Translations under genes and position numbers: made by a program
Shown: positions 56,836 through 64,000 of the stretch, piece by piece
Layout: each line of letters begins with the position of its first letter
How positions within the stretch are numbered: position 1 is the stretch's first letter
Assembly (NCBI GenBank): GCA_964469215.1
Contig: CAYXYB010000013.1
Location: forward strand, 17,305 to 81,304
Reading direction: 5' to 3'
Length of the DNA: 64,000 nucleotides
Origin: an uncultured Lentimicrobiaceae bacterium
GTDB lineage: Bacteria; Bacteroidota; Bacteroidia; Bacteroidales; SKPS01
Notes under the pieces: generated by a model
Seen by the model: the letters and a program-made list of their open reading frames with translations, nothing else
Databases searched by the model: none
Told to the model about the DNA's origin: nothing

Positions 56836-59800
56836 CTATTTCTTTCTTAAAACACCTTTTGCAATAAGCTTTTTCTCACGTTTTCTCTGTTGCATCCGGA
56901 TAAAGTCATAAGAAATAGGGCTTGCAATGAACAGAGAGGAGTAAGTACCAACAACAATACCAACGAGCAGTGCAAATGCAAAACCTCTGATCACCTCACC
57001 ACCGAAGATGAAGATTGCAAGCAAAACGACAAATGTTGTTCCGGATGCGTTTACAGTACGACCAAGTGTGCTTATAAGTGAATTGTTAATGTTTTCCTTG
57101 AGTTCTGTTTTTGGATGCAGGCCCAGATATTCACGTATTCTGTCGAAGATCACAACGGTGTCGTTGATAGAGTAACCTATAATGGTGAGAATAGCAGCAA
57201 TAAAAGCTTGGTCTACCTCCATATTGAAAGGCATGATACGATAAAAAATTGAGTACATGGAGATAGTAATCAGGGCATCATGGAAGAGTGAAATGACACC
57301 TCCAAGCCCATACTGCCATCTGCGGAAGCGCACCGCGATATAGATAAAGATGATAAGAAGGGCAAAAGCTATTGCCTCCACAGCCGCAATTTTAATATCC
57401 TGAGCTATTGCCGGCCCAACCATCTGGGAACTCATGAGGCCGATAATTTTTCCCTCCTTTTCCGACATAAATTCATCATAGGTAAGGGATTTATTAAAGA
57501 AACCCTTAACACCCTCATATAATTTATAAGACACAATACTGTCGCTGCTGGTAATTTCCGACTTTTCGATAAGGTATTTGGTACTAATCTTCACCTGGCT
57601 GCTGGGGCCAAAGGTTTTAACTTCAGGGGCTGAATTGAATTGTTCTGCAAGTGACTGGCTTATCTCAGTGGTTTTCACATCATTGTCGAACCGTACGACA
57701 AAGGTGCGCCCACCTGAAAAGTCGATACCAAGGTTTAGGCCCTGTGAGGCCAGAGAGATAATACCCACCAGAATAACAGCACCTGAGATATAGTAGAATC
57801 TTTTCTTTTTACCGATAAAGTCGTACCTGATTTTTGAAAAGGCATTGATGGTATATTTGTTTCCGAATGTGATAACCTTGTTTTTATCGATCTGCCATAG
57901 GAAGATAAGCCGTGAAATGAGCACTGCGCTAAACAGTGAGGTAAGGATACCTATCATCAGGGTAGTAGCAAATCCTTTAATCGGGCCTGAACCAAAGACA
58001 AAGAGCACAACACCTGTGAGGAAGGTGGTTATGTTACCATCGAGGATTGCGGAGAGGGCGTTTCTGTAGCCGTCGTGGATAGCAAGCCTCATTCCTTTTC
58101 CAACCCGCAGTTCCTCCCTGATGCGTTCGAATGTTATAACGTTGGCGTCGACTGCCATACCAAGAGTGAGAACTATACCTGCAATACCGGGTAGAGTAAG
58201 GGTTGCCTGAAGTGATGCCAGAATACCTATGAGGAAGAAGACATTGAAAAGAAGGGCTACATCTGCAATTACACCTGCCTTATTGTAATAAACAGCCATA
58301 TAAATCAGCACGAGAATAAATGCTATTACAAATGAAAGGAGGCCTGCCCTGATTGCCTCTTTACCAAGTGATGGGCCAACGACGGCCTCTTCCACAATCC
58401 TTGCCGGAGCAGGCAGTTTGCCGGCTTTAAGAACATTTGCAAGGTCCATTGCCTCTTCAATGGTGAAGTTTCCGCTGATCTGGGAATTTCCTGTTGGAAT
58501 TTCGGAATTAACCGTGGGATAAGAATATACCATCCCATCGAGCAAAATTGCGATAGACTTGCCAATATTTTGTCCCGTAAGGCTTTTCCAGACTTTTGCC
58601 CCTTGCGAATTCATACCCATGCTCACTACCACCTCACCATTCTGGTCATAATCCTGCATTGCGTTCGAGATGGCATTACCGTCGAGGGGAGGAATGCCTT
58701 TACCAGATTTATCCTTCAGGGCAATAAGCTCAAGAATTGTCTCTTTGGTGTTATATTGAAAATATTTGTTAGGTTTTGTTGTCCACTTGAGTAAAAGAGT
58801 ATTTCTTAATATTCCCCTTTCATATGCTACATTTATAAGGTGGTTAATACGTGCCGTATCCCTAGCTGCTGCCCGGCCTACAACAGGGCCATCCACAGGT
58901 TTGCCTGAGTTAGGGTCATAATTGGGGTAAAGATAATCGTACAAAGGGTTGGTACCGGCCTTGTCAGTGCCTGTCAATCCTGCATCCTCCGGCTTTTCTT
59001 CACATTCATCACCACCTAAAAGGGAGCCCGAAGGCTGATCATCCAGCATTGAGCCAGCAGTATCCTGACCTAAAGCTCCAGGTTTAGTGGTATCGGGAAG
59101 AGGAGTGGTTTCACTCACCAACTCACTAGTGGTGAACTTCACATCATTCAACCTCTTGTTCATCTGGTCAATATCATCACTAACCTCCTTGAAATCATAA
59201 GTCTCCCAGAATTCAAGCATTGCCGTACGTTGTAAGAGTTTACGTACCCTATCAGGATCTTTTATGCCCGGTAGCTCAACAAGGATACGGCCACTTTGTG
59301 GTAACCTCTGAACATTGGGTTGTGCCACACCGAACTGGTCGATACGTGTTCTGATAATATTGTAGGTGCGGGTGATAGCTGAATTGGCTTCATCCCTGAT
59401 AACCTCTAAAACCTCCTGGTTGGTGGCATTGGGCGCTATCTTCTCCTTCAACTCGAATGAGAAAATCGAAGCAAGCTGTCCTTTGGGATCCAACTCCATG
59501 AAAGCTTCAAAGAAGAGGTCGACAAAGTCACTCTGTGAGTTCACCTGTCTGGCTATTGCCAACTCGATAGCTTTGTTGAATACTGAATCGGTGGTATTCC
59601 CCGCCATCGATCTGACAACATCAACCACACTAACCTCGAGGGTTACATTCATCCCCCCCTGAAGGTCAAGCCCCAGATTTATCTCCCTTGCCTTGGTTTC
59701 CTGGTAACTGTACTTCCGTAAACCAATATTGTAAATGTCTTTGTTGGCTGTTGAATCTGTGAGAAAAAACCTTCTGTTAACCTCTACCAGGGAATCATAA

Positions 59801-59985
59801 ACCACACTTTTCCTCAGTTCATCTCCTCCGGCGATCTTCTCTGCCAACTGCTGTACTTCCGGCCTGTGTGCATACCTGTCTGCCTTCCTCTCATGAACAC
59901 GTGTTACAATTGAAAATGAAAGATAAAACAGACAAATAAGTGTGAGCAAGATTGCCAATAACCTTACGGCTCCTTTATTCTGCAT
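56836..59985 (-). CDS. secDF: protein translocase subunit SecDF (fused)
   Basis: About 1050 aa. SecD periplasmic domain (LGLDLQGG, LPAP..IVEE..VGPSLG) followed by the SecF half (GIDFSGG) with RND-like TM bundles. Start set at the ATG at 59985 (MQNKGAVRLLAILL), supported by a -7 box at 60036-60043. Confidence 0.92.
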   Translation of the reverse strand: MQNKGAVRLLAILLTLICLFYLSFSIVTRVHERKADRYAHRPEVQQLAEKIAGGDELRKSVVYDSLVEVNRRFFLTDSTANKDIYNIGLRKYSYQETKAREINLGLDLQGGMNVTLEVSVVDVVRSMAGNTTDSVFNKAIELAIARQVNSQSDFVDLFFEAFMELDPKGQLASIFSFELKEKIAPNATNQEVLEVIRDEANSAITRTYNIIRTRIDQFGVAQPNVQRLPQSGRILVELPGIKDPDRVRKLLQRTAMLEFWETYDFKEVSDDIDQMNKRLNDVKFTTSELVSETTPLPDTTKPGALGQDTAGSMLDDQPSGSLLGGDECEEKPEDAGLTGTDKAGTNPLYDYLYPNYDPNSGKPVDGPVVGRAAARDTARINHLINVAYERGILRNTLLLKWTTKPNKYFQYNTKETILELIALKDKSGKGIPPLDGNAISNAMQDYDQNGEVVVSMGMNSQGAKVWKSLTGQNIGKSIAILLDGMVYSYPTVNSEIPTGNSQISGNFTIEEAMDLANVLKAGKLPAPARIVEEAVVGPSLGKEAIRAGLLSFVIAFILVLIYMAVYYNKAGVIADVALLFNVFFLIGILASLQATLTLPGIAGIVLTLGMAVDANVITFERIREELRVGKGMRLAIHDGYRNALSAILDGNITTFLTGVVLFVFGSGPIKGFATTLMIGILTSLFSAVLISRLIFLWQIDKNKVITFGNKYTINAFSKIRYDFIGKKKRFYYISGAVILVGIISLASQGLNLGIDFSGGRTFVVRFDNDVKTTEISQSLAEQFNSAPEVKTFGPSSQVKISTKYLIEKSEITSSDSIVSYKLYEGVKGFFNKSLTYDEFMSEKEGKIIGLMSSQMVGPAIAQDIKIAAVEAIAFALLIIFIYIAVRFRRWQYGLGGVISLFHDALITISMYSIFYRIMPFNMEVDQAFIAAILTIIGYSINDTVVIFDRIREYLGLHPKTELKENINNSLISTLGRTVNASGTTFVVLLAIFIFGGEVIRGFAFALLVGIVVGTYSSLFIASPISYDFIRMQQRKREKKLIAKGVLRKK

Positions 59986-60035
59986 CGCTAAACTGTTTGA
60001 TGATGTTAATTTACTAAGCTGCTTTTTTAAGGCTG

Positions 60036-60043
60036 CAAAGATA
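60036..60043 (-). promoter_or_regulatory. candidate -7 box (TATCTTTG on minus strand) for secDF
   Basis: The plus strand reads CAAAGATA, 50 nt upstream of the ATG at 59985. Confidence 0.4.
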
Positions 60044-60161
60044 GAATTTTCATTTGTTAATACACAAGTTATGTTCAAAGAAATCAGCTTTATGAAAACC
60101 TCTCTTAAACCTATGAGCTTTTAAACAGTCTAAATGGCCAGGGATCATGAACTTTTAACCT

Positions 60162-60169
60162 TATCTTTG
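60162..60169 (+). promoter_or_regulatory. candidate -7 box TATCTTTG for the FG-GAP/T9SS gene
   Basis: Exact TAnnTTTG match 92 nt upstream of the ATG at 60262. Confidence 0.35.
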
Positions 60170-60261
60170 CTGACCACTTTACAATGTAAATTTTCTAGTT
60201 ATTTTCAGTAAATATCATCTTAATCAGCAAACTGGAATAATCATCATCAACAATAAAAACA

Positions 60262-62694
60262 ATGGAACTTTTAAGAAAATCAAGCATCTTTCTGTTTGTG
60301 TTTTTAGCAGGAATCAGAAACTTTTTACCTGCTCAGACTTATGATTTCGGTTTTGAGCGTGATTTCAGTGTGTCGGTATTTCTGGATACTGCTCAGATGT
60401 TGAAATTTCCATGGGCAGGAGGGCTTAATTCTGCACATGTCAGTCAGGTAGACCTTAACCAAAATGGCATTAAAGACCTGGTGATATTCGATAATCACAC
60501 TGAAAAGCTATATACATTTCTCAACAATGGCACGACAGGCCAGGTTGATTATGTGTATGCCCCGGAATACGAGATGAAGTTTCCAAAGCTTTACAGTTGG
60601 GTAAGGATGATCGATTTCAATGGTGATGGGAAAGAGGATATTTTCACCTACGGTTTTGCAGGGATAAAGGTTTATACTAATACATCCACATCTGCCGGAC
60701 TGTCCTTTTCATTATATACTCCCATTCTAAACGCATATCAGGGAGGAAATTACACAAATATCCTGATAACAAATTATGATTATCCTGCTATTGGTGATGT
60801 TGATGGAGATGGTGACCTTGATGTCATTGTATTCTATGGCCTTGGCGCTCTGATGCAATTCTACAAGAATATGTCGATCGAGAATACCAGTACAGCCGAT
60901 ACTCTGTGGATGGAATTAAAGAACAGATGCTGGGGTTGGATTGCAGAAAACAATGATTCGAACGATCTGACCTTGAATATAGACGTTATTGATACCGGAT
61001 ATATAAACTATTGCCAGTTTAACCTAAAAAAGAGCAGCAACAAAGATATCTTCGGTAAGAATTCAAAACATACGGGATCAACGATGACCCTTCTTGATCT
61101 TAATGGTGACAATGTAATTGATATGTTACTGGGTGATAACGATTATCCTAACGTTGTTGCTCTTTTCAATTGCGGTACTAGTGACAGCGCAAGGATTTGT
61201 TCCCTGGATTATCATTTCCCCTTCTACGACATACCGATTGATATTTACTCACTAACAACCAGTGACTACGTTGATGTTAACAATGACGGAATCAAGGATC
61301 TCGTTGCAGGTTCATTTGATCCTTCATGGGAGGTACCCAAAGCAGATAATCAAAACAATTTATGGTGGTATAAAAATACAGGAACCAACAGCATTCCGGT
61401 TTTCACTCTTCAACAAGAGAATTTTATTCAGGAAGATATGATTGATGTGGGTGCCAACAGTCATCCTGTTTTGTTCGATTACAATAATGACGGGTTGCTT
61501 GATCTTTTTGTGGGTAACTTCGGCACACGCGACAGTTCTTGGATGGATCCGTGGCTCAACCTGTATTCATACTACAGCAGCCGGATACATCTTTACGAGA
61601 ACATCGGCACACAAAACCAACCGGCTTTCCGGCATGTCACAGATGATTTTGCCAACGTCTCTTCTAAGGGGCTGGTGGGTGCTTACCCGACATTCGGAGA
61701 CATCAATGGTGATGGAAAACCTGACATGATACTGGGTGACACAACAGGAAGATTGCATTACTACGAAAATGTAGCCCCTACAGGGTACCCAATGCAACTG
61801 AACTACGTTTCTTCAAACTATCAGGGTATTGATGTTGGAATGTTCAGCACACCACAGCTTTTCGACCTCGATGATGACAGCCTACTGGACCTGATCATAG
61901 GATACCGAAGAGGAGTATGGGAAGTTAGCCCTACTCATGTCATAAGAAAGACATCTTTAGCATATTACAGGAATACCGGGACACTCACCTCTCCCCAGTT
62001 TACCTTCCAGACAGATTCACTTGGCGGTGTAAATGTTAACGACAGCTATTTTCACTTCACCGATGGATACAGCTCCCCGTGCTTTTACAGGGATACCAAC
62101 GGGGTAATCTCTCTGTTCATGGGCTCTGGCCCAGGTCTGGTATTCTATTACAGAAATATTGCAGGTAATCTGGCCGGCGTTTTTGAAAAGGACTCCACTA
62201 TGTTCCATATAACTGATTATGACCATTTTTATTCTGTTCAGCATTTTAAGAACCAGGATGGAAATCCACAGACAATAGATGTGAAGAGGAAATCGGTGGT
62301 TACAATGGGTGATCTTTACGGGAATGGTTATCCTGATATGGTAATAGGGAATATTGCAGGCGGACTCAGTTTCTTCAAGGGGGTTCCTCCGCTTGGAATT
62401 GGCATTCCCCAGCAGCAGAAGCAGTTCACCGGTGATGTCAACATTTTCCCCAACCCCGCAAGCTACAGGGTTAATGTAGTAATTAAGGATGTTGACAGGT
62501 CTGTTGAATCAACCACAACCATTTATTCTGTCACGGGTCAGGTTATGATGCAGATTGAAAATTCCGGCGATGATTTCTTCCCGGTGGATATATATAATCT
62601 TCCTAACGGCCTGTATATCATGAAAATCGATGTAGAATCCCCACAACAGGGTACAATAGGGAGCTTTAGCAGGAAACTGGTTGTAAAAAGGTAG
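60262..62694 (+). CDS. FG-GAP/VCBS-repeat protein with a T9SS C-terminal sorting domain
   Basis: Repeated D(V/I/L)(N/D)(G/N)DG..D(L/I/M) integrin-alpha-like calcium loops (DFNGDGKEDIF, DVDGDGDLDVIV, DLNGDNVIDMLLGD, DVNNDGIKDLV, DYNNDGLLDLFVG, DINGDGKPDMILGD). C-terminal FPNPASYRVNVVI...NGLYIMKI...KLVVKR. Confidence 0.88.
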   Translation: MELLRKSSIFLFVFLAGIRNFLPAQTYDFGFERDFSVSVFLDTAQMLKFPWAGGLNSAHVSQVDLNQNGIKDLVIFDNHTEKLYTFLNNGTTGQVDYVYAPEYEMKFPKLYSWVRMIDFNGDGKEDIFTYGFAGIKVYTNTSTSAGLSFSLYTPILNAYQGGNYTNILITNYDYPAIGDVDGDGDLDVIVFYGLGALMQFYKNMSIENTSTADTLWMELKNRCWGWIAENNDSNDLTLNIDVIDTGYINYCQFNLKKSSNKDIFGKNSKHTGSTMTLLDLNGDNVIDMLLGDNDYPNVVALFNCGTSDSARICSLDYHFPFYDIPIDIYSLTTSDYVDVNNDGIKDLVAGSFDPSWEVPKADNQNNLWWYKNTGTNSIPVFTLQQENFIQEDMIDVGANSHPVLFDYNNDGLLDLFVGNFGTRDSSWMDPWLNLYSYYSSRIHLYENIGTQNQPAFRHVTDDFANVSSKGLVGAYPTFGDINGDGKPDMILGDTTGRLHYYENVAPTGYPMQLNYVSSNYQGIDVGMFSTPQLFDLDDDSLLDLIIGYRRGVWEVSPTHVIRKTSLAYYRNTGTLTSPQFTFQTDSLGGVNVNDSYFHFTDGYSSPCFYRDTNGVISLFMGSGPGLVFYYRNIAGNLAGVFEKDSTMFHITDYDHFYSVQHFKNQDGNPQTIDVKRKSVVTMGDLYGNGYPDMVIGNIAGGLSFFKGVPPLGIGIPQQQKQFTGDVNIFPNPASYRVNVVIKDVDRSVESTTTIYSVTGQVMMQIENSGDDFFPVDIYNLPNGLYIMKIDVESPQQGTIGSFSRKLVVKR

Positions 62695-62735
62695 GGAACT
62701 GCAAGATAAGATACTGATGATTCGGCATTTACTTC

Positions 62736-63443
62736 TCAGAAGTTCGGCTTGATATCATATTTCTCATAGAACTTCACAATATGCTCCACCGCCTCTCTGG
62801 CAGTATCTACGACTTCAAATATTTCCAAATCCCGGGAACACAGCATTTTTTCTTCCAACAGTCTGTTTTTGATCCAGGTTATCAGGCCCTCCCAGTATTC
62901 CTTCACAACTAGGACAATCGGGAAGTGAACCATTTTCTGAGTCTGGATAAGGGTAATTGCTTCAAACAGTTCATCAAGAGTTCCGAAACCGCCGGGCATC
63001 ACAACATACCCCTGGGCATACTTCATGAACATCACTTTCCTTATGAAGAAGTAATCGAAATTGAGAAGGTTATCCCTGTCGATATAACGATTTGGGCTCT
63101 GTTCATGGGGAAGCATGATATTTAGCCCCACCGATTTACCACCTGCCTTCTGAGCTCCTCTGTTGGCGGCCTCCATGATACCCGGACCGCCACCGGTAAT
63201 TACTCCAAAACCCTGCATTGTGAGCCTGAAGGCCGCCTCTTCAGCAAGTTTATAATACCGGTGATCCTGATCTGTCCTTGCTGATCCAAATATTGAAACA
63301 CACGGGCCTATCTTTGCCATCTTCTCAAAACTGCTTACAAACTCTGCCATCACCTTAAATACCTGCCATGAATCTGCGGTCTGGGTCTCATTCCAGTCTT
63401 TGGGTTTGAAAGCCTCTCTGATTAAAAATTCGTCGTTAAGCAT
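62736..63443 (-). CDS. LOG-family (TIGR00730) nucleotide 5'-monophosphate nucleosidase-like protein
   Basis: GGGPGIMEAANRGA and PGGFGTLDELFE motifs. Confidence 0.88.
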   Translation of the reverse strand: MLNDEFLIREAFKPKDWNETQTADSWQVFKVMAEFVSSFEKMAKIGPCVSIFGSARTDQDHRYYKLAEEAAFRLTMQGFGVITGGGPGIMEAANRGAQKAGGKSVGLNIMLPHEQSPNRYIDRDNLLNFDYFFIRKVMFMKYAQGYVVMPGGFGTLDELFEAITLIQTQKMVHFPIVLVVKEYWEGLITWIKNRLLEEKMLCSRDLEIFEVVDTAREAVEHIVKFYEKYDIKPNF

Positions 63444-63472
63444 AAAACGGATTATTAATGGTTAATTAGTTA

Positions 63473-63508
63473 GTGTGAAGCGTGAAAGCCAACAGCCAAC
63501 AGCCGATT
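63473..63508. repeat. short copy of the mosaic repeat (GTGTGAAG CGTGAAAG CCAACAG x2 CCGATT)
   Basis: The 20-nt string CCAACAGCCAACAGCCGATT is identical to the reverse complement of 188-207. The GTGAAAG words are the reverse of CTTTCAC at 46036-46061. Confidence 0.9.
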
Positions 63509-63522
63509 AAACAACCGGAGGG

Positions 63523-63530
63523 CAAAGATA
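63523..63530 (-). promoter_or_regulatory. candidate -7 box (TATCTTTG on minus strand) for the LOG-family gene
   Basis: The plus strand reads CAAAGATA, 79 nt upstream of the ATG at 63443. This would place the repeat at 63473-63508 in the 5' UTR. Confidence 0.35.
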
Positions 63531-63560
63531 TGAAAACCGTGGGATTTGACGAAACTGATA

Positions 63561-64000
63561 TCAACCCGGTATTTCTGCTTTCAGCATTTTCCTGAGAAAA
63601 AACCCGGTATGGCTTATCTCTGACAACGCCACCTCTTCGGGTGTACCCTGTGCGATGATCTCTCCACCGTGTTCTCCCCCACCCGGGCCGAGATCGATTA
63701 CGTGGTCTGCAACCTTTACCACGTCGAGGTTATGTTCAATAATCACAACAGTATTCCCATGATCAACAAGCTTGTTAAGCACTTCCAGCAGCACACGGAT
63801 ATCTTCAAAATGCAAGCCGGTGGTAGGCTCATCCAGAATGTAAAGGGTGCTTCCGGTATCTCTTCTGGAGAGCTCTGTTGCCAGTTTTACCCTTTGGGCT
63901 TCACCTCCGGAAAGGGTTGTTGACTGCTGCCCCAGGGTGATGTAACCTAATCCGACATCCTTCAGCGTTTTTATCCTGCGCAGTATCATCGGAATGTTTT
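63561..64000 (-). CDS. uvrA: excinuclease ABC subunit A, C-terminal part (gene continues beyond the right edge)
   Basis: [25 protein letters not shown] (ABC signature), [14 protein letters not shown] (Walker B), VIEHNLDV...[12 protein letters not shown]...GTPEEVA. Confidence 0.93.
   Translation of the reverse strand, partial: NIPMILRRIKTLKDVGLGYITLGQQSTTLSGGEAQRVKLATELSRRDTGSTLYILDEPTTGLHFEDIRVLLEVLNKLVDHGNTVVIIEHNLDVVKVADHVIDLGPGGGEHGGEIIAQGTPEEVALSEISHTGFFLRKMLKAEIPG

Noticed and set aside
59986-60078. Upstream extensions of ORF-track starts (secDF 60078, rnfC 4745, rnfD 3229, rnfG 2211, dnaB 36520, MFS 42833, mscL 48796, E1 23335, padR 20442, AIR-synthase-like 53923, ligase 18675, 39533, 43481, 42821)
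   Set aside because: Most use TTG or GTG codons or overlap the upstream gene, a promoter box or a terminator hairpin. Homolog-like N-termini begin at the downstream ATG (a TTG for rnfC).
1-64000. Mobile elements, prophage, defence islands, toxin-antitoxin pairs, secondary-metabolite clusters
   Set aside because: I read every ORF of 60 aa or more. None resembles an integrase, transposase, recombinase, restriction-modification enzyme, Cas, abortive-infection protein, reverse transcriptase or NRPS/PKS. There are no flanking direct repeats or tRNA targets. Gene content is core metabolism and envelope functions.

Overview
This is a chromosomal, mostly housekeeping segment of a Bacteroidota (Bacteroidia-like) genome. 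The taxon call rests on three proteins with T9SS C-terminal sorting domains, recurrent TAnnTTTG -7 promoter boxes, and an rnfBCDGEA operon. I call 45 protein-coding genes, two of them cut by the window edges. They include the Rnf complex, a 3097-aa T9SS surface protein, two tandem acyl-CoA synthetases, a PadR / PspC / DUF2807 envelope-signalling trio and a fused 2-oxoacid dehydrogenase E1. The rest are mainly gcvP, thyA-folA, dnaB, htpG, ilvE, dacB, mscL, pyrF, prfA, secDF, a LOG-family protein and the 3' end of uvrA. I found no rRNA, tRNA, CRISPR array, transposase, integrase, toxin-antitoxin pair or recognisable defence gene, so I cannot point to a classical novel protein system here. The most unusual signal is non-coding. 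Five intergenic loci (about 185-400, 20284-20345, 25786-25848, 45528-46068, 63473-63508) are mosaics of short 7-9 nt tandem arrays built from one shared vocabulary. The words are GGCTRTT, ATTACGA/CGTAAWT, GGTAGTC/AGGAGTC, CCCCGATT and CTTTCAC, plus a GGGCACTGA...GAAGTGCCC hairpin. One array supplies the stop codon of a gene, and two sit about 30 nt upstream of -7 promoter boxes. Secondary observations are three genes whose -7 box lies exactly 4 nt from the ATG (candidate leaderless mRNAs), a palindromic pair of divergent promoter boxes, an OmpA-family protein with an unexplained C-terminal domain, and slippage-prone homopolymer tracts. Many ORF-track starts are non-ATG upstream extensions. I re-set them using homolog N-termini, neighbouring stop codons and promoter boxes. 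All functional calls come from reading the translations; no database search was possible.
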